DNA from: Nannocystis bainbridge
Lineage (GTDB): Bacteria; Myxococcota_A; Polyangia; Nannocystales; Nannocystaceae
Length of the DNA stretch: 64,000 bases
Assembly: GCF_028368995.1 (NCBI RefSeq)
Contig: NZ_JAQNDL010000002.1
Coordinates: forward strand, 1,632,001-1,696,000
Direction: 5' to 3'
In this document: piece by piece, positions 12,227 to 23,468 of the stretch
How the letters are laid out: every line of letters begins with the position of its first letter
Position numbering within the stretch: the first letter of the stretch is position 1
Translations under genes and position numbers: made by a program
The notes under the pieces: model-generated
What the model saw: the letters and a program-made list of their open reading frames with translations, nothing else
Told to the model about the DNA's origin: nothing
Databases searched by the model: none

Positions 12227-13207
12227 TCACACTCCGAGCAGCTCGCGCACGCTGCCGGCGACCGCCGCAGTGGGCAGGCACATGCGGGCCCCGGCGGCGC
12301 GCGCGGCCATGCGGATCTCGTCGGTCGGCGCGTCGTGGACCGCGATGATCTGCGGGTTGCTGGGCCCCGCGGCCAGCTTGGCGATCACGTCGGTGCTCTT
12401 GAGGTCGGGCACCGTCATGCTGAGGATCACGTAGCGCGGCGGCGCGGCCTGGGCGACCAGCAGCGCGTCGGCGCCGGTCTGGGCGGTCTTGATCTCGAGC
12501 GCCGGCGTCGCCCGCTCGAGCTCCTCCTTCACCTTGGCGCGGAAGTCGGCGTTCTGGGTCACCAGCAGCACCTTCGAGTTGTCGCGCGCGTCGTTCGACG
12601 GCTCGATGCGGGGCTCGTCGCGCAGGTGGAACGCCTCGACCACGCGGCGACGGACCTCGGCGACGTCGAGCGGCTTCTTGAGGCAGGCCGACGCGCCGGC
12701 CGCCAGGATCCGCTCCATGTTGGCCTCGGTGTAGTAGCCGGTGATGGCGATGATCTCGGTGTGCATCGTCGACGCGTCGCGCTTGAGGCGAGCGCACACC
12801 TCGAAGCCGTCGACGCCGGGCATCATCAGGTCGAGGAAGATGAGCTGCGGGCGGAACGTCGCCACCAGCCGGCCGGCGTCGAACGCGTCGCGGGCGACCT
12901 CGACGTCGAACTGATGCGACAGGTCCTTGAGGACATCCCGCACCAGGTCGAGCACGACCGGCTCGTCGTCGATCACGAGCAGGCGGCCGACCTCGTCGCC
13001 GGTCGGCACGGTGAACGGGATCCCGCGCTCTTGACAGACGCGCTCGAGATCCTCGCGCCGCACGCGGCGGTGGCCGCCCACGGTCTTGAACGCCGGGATG
13101 AGGCCGTCCTCGATCCAGCGGATCACGGTGGTCGGCGTGACGCAGCAGATCCGCGCGACGTCGTGGGTGGAGTAGGTGTCTTTGACTGGAGTGCGTCCGC
13201 GGCTCAT
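12227..13207 (-). CDS. Response regulator: excisionase/MerR-like HTH + receiver + second degenerate receiver
   Basis: YSTHDVARICCVTPTTVIRWI...TVGGHRRV, then LLVIDDE...LIFLDLMMPGVDG...ITG...KP. Confidence 0.88.
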   Translation of the reverse strand: MSRGRTPVKDTYSTHDVARICCVTPTTVIRWIEDGLIPAFKTVGGHRRVRREDLERVCQERGIPFTVPTGDEVGRLLVIDDEPVVLDLVRDVLKDLSHQFDVEVARDAFDAGRLVATFRPQLIFLDLMMPGVDGFEVCARLKRDASTMHTEIIAITGYYTEANMERILAAGASACLKKPLDVAEVRRRVVEAFHLRDEPRIEPSNDARDNSKVLLVTQNADFRAKVKEELERATPALEIKTAQTGADALLVAQAAPPRYVILSMTVPDLKSTDVIAKLAAGPSNPQIIAVHDAPTDEIRMAARAAGARMCLPTAAVAGSVRELLGV

Positions 13208-15969
13208 ACGCTGGGGGGCTGCCCTTCGGGGGCGTCCGGGAGGTGGATCGTGAAGGTCGTACCCAGCCCGGGCTGCGACCTCACGAGGATATCACCTCCG
13301 TGGTCCTTGATGATTCCGTAGGAGATCGCAAGCCCGAGGCCGGTGCCCTTGCCGATGTCCTTGGTGCTGAAGAACGGGTCGAAGATGCGGTCGAGGATCT
13401 CGGGGGGGATCCCGCAGCCCTCGTCGGCGATCTCGAGCACGACGCGGCCGTCTTCCCGGTCGAGGCGGATCCGGATCCGGCCGCCCCGCGGCATGGCGTC
13501 GACCGCGTTCGAGAACAGGTTGAGGAGCACCTGCTCGAGCTGATCGGCGTCGCCGACGAGCATCGCCTTCGGCAGCCCCGAGCGCAGGACCCGGACGTTG
13601 TGCATCCGCCACTGGTACTCGCCGATGCCGATCACGCGGTCGATGAGGCCGCTCAGGTCGACGGGCCGGCGCTTGCCGCCCTCGCGCTGGCGCGAGAACA
13701 GCAGCACGCCCTCGACGATCTTGCGGCAGCGCTCGCCGCTGGCCGCGATCTTCTCGACCTTCTCGCGCACGTTCGGGTCGAGCGGCTTCTCGAGCAGCAG
13801 CCGGCTGTAGCCGACCACGCCGCTGAGCGGGTTGTTGATCTCGTGGGCGATCCCCGCCGCCAGCAGGCCCACGGCCGCGAGCTTCTGCGTGCGCAGCACC
13901 TGGTCCTCGAGCGCTCGCCGCCGCCGCAGGTCGAGCGCGACGAGCACCGCGCCGGCCCCCGGATCGTCGGCCCCGCGCAGCAAGCGACCCTCGAGGTGCA
14001 GCGGGATCTCCTGCCCGCCCTCGGCCAGCACCGCGACCTCGGTGGCGATCGCGCCGGTCGACCGCAGGCTCGTCCACAACGTGTCCCATCGGGCAGGTTC
14101 GGCCAGGCGCGCCACCTCGACCCCGAACTTGCGCCCGCGGGCCGCCTCGGCCGACACGCCGAGCAGCTGCTGGCTGGCGCGGTTCCACGTCACGACCCGC
14201 CCGGCCGCGTCGATCGAATTGATGAGCACGCTGGTCTGGTCGAGCAGCAGCGCCTGATAGTCCGCCAGCGCCTCGGTCTCGATCATCAGGCGACCGCCCT
14301 CGAGCCCGAGCGCCAGCTGCGGGGCGAGCAGCGCCAGCAGCCGCAGCGGCGTCGCGTCGCGCGGCCCGGCGCCGGCCAGCACGAAGAACCCGGCCACCCG
14401 CGGATTGGCCCCCAGCGCCAGCCGGAGCGCGCTCCTCCGGCCCTCGAGCTCGCCGAACCACCGCCGGTGCGTGGGCTCCGTCGCGTCGATCTCGACCACC
14501 GCCGGGCCGCTGCCCCACGCCGCCGGCGGCTCGCTCTCGACGGGCAGCGTCGACACCCGCGGCGCGCAGCCGGTCCGCAGCGTCCACCGCTGCCAGCCCT
14601 CGCCGACGCGCGCGAGCACGACTCCGCGGGTGAACCCGAGCGAGTCCATGATCGCCCCGCAGGCCGCCGCCACGTTGTCGTGCGGCCGCGCCGTCGACAC
14701 CAGCAGGCGGTCGACCTGGGCCAGCAGCCGATCCTCGAAGTCCTGCTGCCGGCGCTCGCGGAGGTCGCGGAGCAGCGCCACCGTCGGCGCCCCCTCCTCG
14801 CGCCCGCCCGCCAGCGACAGCTCGACCGGCAGCGGCGCCCCGTCGAGCCGCCGCAGCTCGATCTCGCCATGCCAGTTGCCGACCCGCGCCTGCGTCAGCG
14901 CCTCGCTCAGCGCCCGCGCGGCCGCCGGCTCGGCCAGCTCGAGCAGGCTGCGCCCGCCCAGGTGCGGCCCGCTCCTGGCCTCCGAGTCCTGTCCCGAAGA
15001 CAAGGTCTTTCCGGACATGCTCTCTGCGCCAGGTCGCGTCCGCGCCAGCGCCCCGTCGGCCGCTGCCTGAGCCCCTGAAACCGCGCTCCGACCCGCTCCG
15101 GCGCCGGTTCGCGCCGCCTCGTCAACGGTTCGATCGGCGGCATGCGGCGCCGCGCTCGCCGCCCCGCCTGTCCACACCGCGTCGTCGCCGTCGCTCGCGC
15201 GTGACCGAACGGACATGTCCCTCGCGCCACCCGCCGCTCCGGCGCGTGACCGATCGGACATGCCCGTCGGGCCAGCCACGCCCCGGCCGGGCCGCGTATC
15301 CACGCCGCCGGCACGTGACCGATCGGGCATGTCCGTAGGGCCAGCCGAGCCGTCCGCCGTCTGCCCCGAAGACACTGTCCGTTGCGACATGTCCTCCACG
15401 CCAGGCCGGACGCGGCCGCGCACGTCGCCGGCGAACAGCACCCGCGCGGCCGGGTTGGCGTGCACGATCATGCCCGCGCCGTCGAGCAGCAGCAGCCCCT
15501 GGTCGAGCGCCTCGAGGCAGCGGGCCAGCGCGCGGCCGACGTCGGGCGTCTGCGACCGCTCGGGCGCGGTGAACGTCAGCAGCACGTTGTCGCTGGCCAG
15601 CTTGCTGGCCCGCACCGCGCACGGCCACGTCCGGCCGCGGCCCGGCACCAGCGTCAGCTCGAGCGAGAAGCTGTGGCCCGCCGGTCGCCCGCGCAGGCCG
15701 GTGAAGGCTCGCCCGAACGCGCTGCGCTCGCTGGCGCGCGCGATGTAGCCGAGGAACGGCTCGCCGCCGAGATCGTGGGCGGCGAGGCCCTCGGCCAGCC
15801 CCGGGTTGGCCGCCAGGATCAGACCCGCGGGCGTGAGCACGGCGGCCGGCATCGCCAGCGCCGCGACGATCTCGCTGTACGCGCCGAGCGCGCCGTCGGA
15901 GCCGAGGCGGACTGTGGCTTCGGCGTCGCCGAGGCGCGGCAGCGAGGAGGTTTTGGAGCCCTGGACCAC
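13204..15969 (-). CDS. PAS-domain sensor histidine kinase (start uncertain; GTG 15969 chosen)
   Basis: H-box AHEINNPL, N-box [30 protein letters not shown], three PAS-like segments. 4-bp overlap with the regulator. Confidence 0.88.
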   Translation of the reverse strand: MVQGSKTSSLPRLGDAEATVRLGSDGALGAYSEIVAALAMPAAVLTPAGLILAANPGLAEGLAAHDLGGEPFLGYIARASERSAFGRAFTGLRGRPAGHSFSLELTLVPGRGRTWPCAVRASKLASDNVLLTFTAPERSQTPDVGRALARCLEALDQGLLLLDGAGMIVHANPAARVLFAGDVRGRVRPGVEDMSQRTVSSGQTADGSAGPTDMPDRSRAGGVDTRPGRGVAGPTGMSDRSRAGAAGGARDMSVRSRASDGDDAVWTGGAASAAPHAADRTVDEAARTGAGAGRSAVSGAQAAADGALARTRPGAESMSGKTLSSGQDSEARSGPHLGGRSLLELAEPAAARALSEALTQARVGNWHGEIELRRLDGAPLPVELSLAGGREEGAPTVALLRDLRERRQQDFEDRLLAQVDRLLVSTARPHDNVAAACGAIMDSLGFTRGVVLARVGEGWQRWTLRTGCAPRVSTLPVESEPPAAWGSGPAVVEIDATEPTHRRWFGELEGRRSALRLALGANPRVAGFFVLAGAGPRDATPLRLLALLAPQLALGLEGGRLMIETEALADYQALLLDQTSVLINSIDAAGRVVTWNRASQQLLGVSAEAARGRKFGVEVARLAEPARWDTLWTSLRSTGAIATEVAVLAEGGQEIPLHLEGRLLRGADDPGAGAVLVALDLRRRRALEDQVLRTQKLAAVGLLAAGIAHEINNPLSGVVGYSRLLLEKPLDPNVREKVEKIAASGERCRKIVEGVLLFSRQREGGKRRPVDLSGLIDRVIGIGEYQWRMHNVRVLRSGLPKAMLVGDADQLEQVLLNLFSNAVDAMPRGGRIRIRLDREDGRVVLEIADEGCGIPPEILDRIFDPFFSTKDIGKGTGLGLAISYGIIKDHGGDILVRSQPGLGTTFTIHLPDAPEGQPPSV

Positions 15970-16074
15970 GAGTGCGGCGGCATGCTTAGCAAAATTCCCC
16001 GCCTGGTGCCCGGGGTCGAGTTCGCGCAGCGCCGTCTCGCGCCCCCCGGCCACCCCTGCTAGTCTGCCGCGCCG

Positions 16075-16791
16075 ATGACGCTCACCGACCCTGGCCGCCT
16101 CGCGGGCGTGCGGCTCGCCGCCACCGTCGTCCTCCTGCGCGAGCGCGCCGCCGGCGATCCCCAGGTCTTCATGCTCCGCCGTAGCGCCCGGAGCCCGTTC
16201 ATGCCCGACACCCTGGTGTTCCCCGGCGGCGCGGTCGACCCCGACGACGGCCCCGAGGGCAGCGACGAGGCCTTCGACGCCGCCGCGCGGCGCGAGTGCC
16301 GTGAGGAGGCCGGCGTCGCCCTCGAGGCCCGCGACCTCCACTGGTTCGACACCTGGCTCACCCCCGCCGCCGAGCCGCGCCGCTACTTCGCCCGCTTCTA
16401 TCTCGCGCGCCTGACCGAGGGCGAGTTCGAGGACGCCGCCGCCGACGGCCACGAGACCCACGAGGGCCGCTGGGCCACCCCGGCGGAGCTCCTGGCCGCC
16501 TGGCAGCGCGAAGAGGTCGACCTCCCGCCGCCGACGCTGTGCACCCTCATGCGCCTGGCCGACGAGCGCCGCGCCGGCCTCGTCGGCCTCCCCGCCGCCC
16601 TCGTGCACGAGCCGATCCTCCCCAAGGGCCTCCTCCAGCCCGACGCCGACGGCGAGGCGCGCCTCGTCGTCGTGCTCCCCCACGACCCGGCCTACCCCGA
16701 GCTGCCCGGCGACGGCGTGCCCGCCCCCGCCCGCGTCGCCGACCTGCCCCACCGCCTCGTCCGCGCCGGGAGGACCTGGCGCCTGTGCTGA
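16075..16791 (+). CDS. NUDIX hydrolase
   Basis: AATVVLLR...VFPGGAVD...AARRECREEAG...WLTP...RRYFARFY. Confidence 0.88.
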   Translation: MTLTDPGRLAGVRLAATVVLLRERAAGDPQVFMLRRSARSPFMPDTLVFPGGAVDPDDGPEGSDEAFDAAARRECREEAGVALEARDLHWFDTWLTPAAEPRRYFARFYLARLTEGEFEDAAADGHETHEGRWATPAELLAAWQREEVDLPPPTLCTLMRLADERRAGLVGLPAALVHEPILPKGLLQPDADGEARLVVVLPHDPAYPELPGDGVPAPARVADLPHRLVRAGRTWRLC

Positions 16792-16797
16792 CCCTTC

Positions 16798-16930
16798 GGC
16801 CATGGCCCCCGCGCCATGCTCTTCGGGGCATGTCGCAAGCGACAGGCGCGAACAGCCATGTCCGAAACGACATGTCCCTCGCGCCAGCCACCGCAGCTGA
16901 CCGCAGCGACATGTCCCTCGCGCCAGCCTC
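16798..16930. repeat. 14-bp-phased motif array
   Basis: CATG/CAGG at 16801, 16815, 16829, 16843, 16857, 16871. GACATGTCCCTCGCGCCAGCC duplicated at 16869 and 16908. Confidence 0.9.
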
Positions 16931-16934
16931 CGCC

Positions 16935-18023
16935 ATGCGCCTCTCGACCTGCCTCCTCGCCCTCCTCCTCGCCGCCTGCGGCCGCACCGAGCCCCAAGGT
17001 CCGCGCTCCGCCACGGCGCCCGCCGGCGCGCCCGCGCCGACCGACGCCGCAGATCCGGCCGCCCCTCCCGCGCCCGTCGTGCCGGCCGCGCCCGCGACCC
17101 CCGACGAGCGGCGCGTCCTCGCCTGGCTCGACCCCGACTCGCCCGCCGTCGCGTACATGCGGCTGCCCGCCGACCTCGAGCCCGAGGCGCTCGGCGAGCT
17201 GTTCGCCTTGCCGCCGCGCGCGCTCGCCCTGCTGCGCGCCCCGCTGAGCCTCGAGTCCGGGCTCGCCGCCCTCGTCGGCCCCGCCGCCCCGCCGCCCGAG
17301 CAGTGGCTCGCGCGCGACCTCGTCGTCATGCAGCCCGTGCTCGCCCGCGGCCCCTACCTCGTGCGCCGCCTGCTCGCGCCGCGGGCGGACGTCGAGGCCT
17401 GGCTGCGCAGCGGCGGCATGCAGGTCGACACCGTCGAGGGCCTCGCGGTGTGGACCCCCGGCCAGTCCGCGCCCGAGGCTCCGGTCGACGGCGCCCCCGG
17501 CCTCGCCCCCTCGCTCGTGTTCCCTTGGCGGCTCGTCTTCCTCGCCGACGATCTGGTCGGCGCCTTCTCCCTCACCGAGATGGGCAACGGCCTCGGCCCG
17601 CTGACCGCCGCCCGCGACCTGCCTCCGTCCGATCTCACGCGCATGATCGGCGAGGTCGTCGCCGCCGACCCCGCGCTCCTGCTCGAGCTGTACGTCCAGG
17701 GCGCCATGCTCCACTTCGATCTCAGCGACGACGTCGGGGTCGCCAAGCTGTCCCTGCGCCGCCTCGTCGAGGCCGACGGCGCGCGCTCGTTGCCCCGCCA
17801 CGACGCCGCCGGCATCGACGGCGAGGTCATCCTCCAGCCGCTGGGCGACGTCGCCGACGCCGCCGCCGCGCTCGAGGCCCGCGCCCCCGCCGGCGCCGCC
17901 ACCGACGTCCTGCGCGACCTCTACAAGGCCGTCGCCTACAGCCAGGACGGCCCGGTCGTGCGCGGCCGCCTGCAGCTCGCCGCCGACGACCTCGCGCCCC
18001 TGCGCCGCGGAGGCGGCCGTTGA
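16935..18023 (+). CDS. Hypothetical lipoprotein
   Basis: MRLSTCLLALLLAAC lipobox, coding-like GC3. Confidence 0.75.
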   Translation: MRLSTCLLALLLAACGRTEPQGPRSATAPAGAPAPTDAADPAAPPAPVVPAAPATPDERRVLAWLDPDSPAVAYMRLPADLEPEALGELFALPPRALALLRAPLSLESGLAALVGPAAPPPEQWLARDLVVMQPVLARGPYLVRRLLAPRADVEAWLRSGGMQVDTVEGLAVWTPGQSAPEAPVDGAPGLAPSLVFPWRLVFLADDLVGAFSLTEMGNGLGPLTAARDLPPSDLTRMIGEVVAADPALLLELYVQGAMLHFDLSDDVGVAKLSLRRLVEADGARSLPRHDAAGIDGEVILQPLGDVADAAAALEARAPAGAATDVLRDLYKAVAYSQDGPVVRGRLQLAADDLAPLRRGGGR

Positions 18024-18057
18024 GCGCGCCGCGCCCCGGGCAGCGCGGAGGCCCTCG

Positions 18058-18918
18058 GTGAGCCCCGCGCTCTCCGCTCCGCGCGCCCTCGGCCTCCTCC
18101 GGTCGCGCCTCGCCCTGCTGCTCGCGCTCGCCGCCTGCAACGCCCCACCCGCCGGCGATCCGCCCTCTTCGCGACCTGCCCCCACGGCCATGTCCGAGAC
18201 GACAGGCCCGATCGCCCAGGTCCCCGAGGACATGTCCAAACAGACATGCCCACAAGTGCAGGATCCGATCGGCGACCTCGAGTGGATCCCCGCCGACGCC
18301 CGCGTCGTCGCCCTGTTCGACCTCGGCGACCCTGGCGTCGACGACGCCGCCGCCGAGCTCGCGCGCGCCAGCGCCACCACCCCCGGCATGCCCGTGGTCG
18401 CCGCGCTCGGCCTCGGCTTCGTCGCTACCCAGCTGCACATCCTCCGCCGCCAGCTCGCCGACGCCGCGCTGACCCCCCGCGAGCTGCTCCTCCTCCACGA
18501 TCCGGCCGGCGCCGTCGTCTGGATCGTGCGCGTCCGCTGCGACCTCGCCGTCCTCCAAAACACCCTCGCGCGCGCCTGGGGCGTCACCAGCCGCACCACC
18601 GCCGCCGGCCCGCTCGCCGAGCCCGACCCCGCCCGCGGCTTCCCCCACGACCTCGTCTTCCTCGGCGACGATCGCCTCGCCCTCGTGCCCGCCGGCGCCG
18701 GCGGCAAGCTGCGGCGCTGGCTCGAAGGCCAGGCCGGCCCGCCCGACCTCGGCGAACGCCGCGGCGAGACCCCCGGTCAGGCGCTCGCTCGCCTCGATCC
18801 CGCCCCGATCCGCGTCGTGCTCGCCGGCCGCGGCTTGCTCGCTGGCGACGCCGCCAGCGCCCCTCGCACCGTCCGCGCCTGGCCGGACCGCGTCGCCCTC
18901 GACGCCGCCCCGCCGTGA
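18058..18918 (+). CDS. Hypothetical lipoprotein
   Basis: LALLLALAAC lipobox, coding-like GC3. Confidence 0.7.
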   Translation: MSPALSAPRALGLLRSRLALLLALAACNAPPAGDPPSSRPAPTAMSETTGPIAQVPEDMSKQTCPQVQDPIGDLEWIPADARVVALFDLGDPGVDDAAAELARASATTPGMPVVAALGLGFVATQLHILRRQLADAALTPRELLLLHDPAGAVVWIVRVRCDLAVLQNTLARAWGVTSRTTAAGPLAEPDPARGFPHDLVFLGDDRLALVPAGAGGKLRRWLEGQAGPPDLGERRGETPGQALARLDPAPIRVVLAGRGLLAGDAASAPRTVRAWPDRVALDAAPP

Positions 18919-19017
18919 TCCGGACCTGGCCGATCGGCCAGGCCACCGTCCTCCGGACCGCGCGCATCTGCCCGACCGGACAGCCCCGCGCTCGCACGCG
19001 AGGCTCCGCGCCTCACA

Positions 19018-19070
19018 GGACATGCCCCCTCGGACATGTCTTTCAAAGCATGCCCCTTAGAACATGTTCG
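19018..19070. repeat. 14-bp-phased motif array (intergenic)
   Basis: CATG at 19021, 19035, 19049, 19063. Confidence 0.9.
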
Positions 19071-19307
19071 ATCGAACCCGACACCGCGTGCCGCGCCCGT
19101 GACCCATCGCACCGGCGCGCGCGAGGTCGCTGCGCGCGCACCGGGCCGCGCGGGGGCTCGGACCCGCGACCTGGGCCTGCCTCGTGAACTGCGTTCGTCG
19201 CCTGTTCGCCCGGCCGCGGGCCGCCGCGGCCGGATTTGCCGCAAGGGCGCGCCCACGTGGCCTGCGGGCCCCTTTGCGCGCGTCCTCGCTCAGGTATAGT
19301 GGAGGGT

Positions 19308-19862
19308 ATGCCTGTCGACCCGGGCCCGAGTGCACCTTCATCCTCTGCCGCCATGTCCGTCGCCGCCGTGCTTTCCGGAGGCTCCGGTCCCTGGCCCAGC
19401 CACCCGCCCGCGCTCGCCGACGACGTCAACTCGATCGACGCCATCGTCCGCGCCATGTACGCCTCGGTCTCGTTCACCGAGGGGCGGGGCCCCGACGCCG
19501 AGCGTCTCGCCAGCCTGTGCGTCCCGCACGGCCGCCTGATCAAGGTCCACGCCAACAACATCGACGACATGAGCGTCCCCGAGTTCGTCGAGCGGGTGCA
19601 GACCCGGATCAGCGAGCAGGGCCTGCGCGGCTTCTCCGAGCGCGAGCTGTTCCGCCGCACCGAGGTGTTCGCCGGGATCGCCCACGTCTTCACCACCTAC
19701 GAGAGCCGCACCGACGACGGCGGCGCCGACCACCTGCTCTACCGCGGCATCAACAGCATCCAGCTGCGCCACGACGGCCGGCGCTGGTGGATCCTCACGA
19801 TCCTCTGGGCCGACGAGCGCGACGACTCCCCGATCCCCGCGGCGTATCTTCCTCGCACATGA
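19308..19862 (+). CDS. NTF2-like (SnoaL/DUF4440-type) protein
   Basis: SIDAIVRAMYASVS...FSERELFRRTEVFAGIAHVFTTYE...RGINSIQL...RWWILTILW. GGAGG just before the ATG. Confidence 0.8.
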   Translation: MPVDPGPSAPSSSAAMSVAAVLSGGSGPWPSHPPALADDVNSIDAIVRAMYASVSFTEGRGPDAERLASLCVPHGRLIKVHANNIDDMSVPEFVERVQTRISEQGLRGFSERELFRRTEVFAGIAHVFTTYESRTDDGGADHLLYRGINSIQLRHDGRRWWILTILWADERDDSPIPAAYLPRT

Positions 19863-20788
19863 GCGCGGTCCGCGGTCGCTACGCTCCCAGCCCGACCGGC
19901 CCGCTGCACCTCGGCAACGCGCGCACCGCCCTGCTCGCCTGGCTCGACGCCCGCGCTCGCGGCGGCGCCTTTGTCATGCGCATCGAGGACGTCGACTTCA
20001 CGCGCGCCCGGCCCGAGTTCGAGGCCCAGCTCCTGCTCGACCTGCACTGGCTCGGCCTCGACTGGGACGAGGGCCCCGACGTCGGCGGACCGTCCGGCCC
20101 CTACCGTCAGAGCGAGCGCGGCGATCGCTACGCCGCCGCCCTCGCGCGCCTCGAAGTCTACCCGTGCACCTGCACCCGTCGCGAGCTGCGCGCCTTGCCG
20201 GTCACCAGCATGTCCGGAGAGCCAGTGTACCCGGGGACATGTCGCAAAGGACAGTCGAACCCCGGCCGTCACGCCGCCGTGCGCTGGCGCGTCCCTGGCG
20301 GCAGCGTCGACTTCGTCGATCGCCTGTGCGGCGAGCACCGGCAGGACATCGACCGCGACGTCGGCGACTTCGTGCTGCAGCGCGGCGACGGGGCCTGGGC
20401 CTACCAGCTCGCCGTCGTCGTCGACGACGCCGACATGGGCGTCACCGACATCGTCCGCGGCGCCGATCTGCTCGACAGCACCCCGCGGCAGCTCCACCTC
20501 CTGCGCGCGCTGCACCCTGACCTGCCCGCCCCGCGCTTCGCCCACGTCCCGTTGATCCTCGGCGCCGGCGGGGCCAAGCTCAGCAAGCGCGATGGGGCGC
20601 CCGACCTCGGGGCCCTGCGCGAGGCGGGCGCATCGCCGGCGCGCGTCGTGGCGGCGCTCGCCCGCAGCGTGGGCCTCGTGCCCCCGGAGGTCCGCGAGAT
20701 CCGGCCCCGCGAGCTCTTGACCACCGTTCAGGCCGACGATCCGCTCGCGCGCATCACCTCGCAGCCCCTCGACCTCGCCGGCCTGTGA
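19859..20788 (+). CDS. gluQ: tRNA glutamyl-Q(34) synthetase GluQRS
   Basis: [53 protein letters not shown]. No anticodon-binding domain. Confidence 0.92.
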   Translation: MSAVRGRYAPSPTGPLHLGNARTALLAWLDARARGGAFVMRIEDVDFTRARPEFEAQLLLDLHWLGLDWDEGPDVGGPSGPYRQSERGDRYAAALARLEVYPCTCTRRELRALPVTSMSGEPVYPGTCRKGQSNPGRHAAVRWRVPGGSVDFVDRLCGEHRQDIDRDVGDFVLQRGDGAWAYQLAVVVDDADMGVTDIVRGADLLDSTPRQLHLLRALHPDLPAPRFAHVPLILGAGGAKLSKRDGAPDLGALREAGASPARVVAALARSVGLVPPEVREIRPRELLTTVQADDPLARITSQPLDLAGL

Positions 20789-20896
20789 CGGACGTCCTCG
20801 TCCGCCCCGTGAGTCGCCCGACGTTGCGCCCGCGAAGCCTTGTCCGCGCCGACCCGGGTCGATAAAACCCGAATCCTCCCCGGAGTCTCTTCGCCG

Positions 20897-23110
<2,214 letters not shown>

Positions 23111-23128
23111 CCCGCGCCCTCGCGCCCC

Positions 23129-23172
23129 GGAGCCCCGCGATCTCGCCGAGGTCGCGGGGCTCCTGTATTTTT
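23129..23172 (+). terminator. Probable intrinsic terminator
   Basis: GGAGCCCCGCGA...TCGCGGGGCTCC stem followed by TGTATTTTT. Confidence 0.7.
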
Positions 23173-23313
23173 GGACATGCCCTCGAGAGCATGTTCCAAA
23201 TGACATGTCCGATGCGACATGCATCTCTTCATGCCGCGCTAACTTTGGGCAAGCGCTTTAGAGCATGTTCCGAATGACATGTCCGATGCGACATGCAGCT
23301 CTCCATGCCGCGC
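23173..23313. repeat. 14-bp-phased array duplicated as two ~53-bp direct repeats (74-bp period)
   Basis: CATG at 23176, 23190, 23204, 23218 and 23264, 23278, 23292. Confidence 0.9.
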
Positions 23314-23468
23314 GCACGAAAGCGGCCTGATGCGCTCTCCTCGATGCGTCCGCTCGGCGCGACCCGACGAGGGTCCCCGACCCCGGCCGTCCGCATCCGC
23401 GGCCGCACCGTTCGCGCGCGCGCCCGTAGATCCATCCTCTCGACCGCCCGTTGCCGGGGCGAGCCACC

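Noticed and set aside
14962-15423. Intein or intron in the kinase
   Set aside because: No Cys/Ser start with His-Asn end, no homing endonuclease, no group I/II features. The insert is low-complexity and motif-built.
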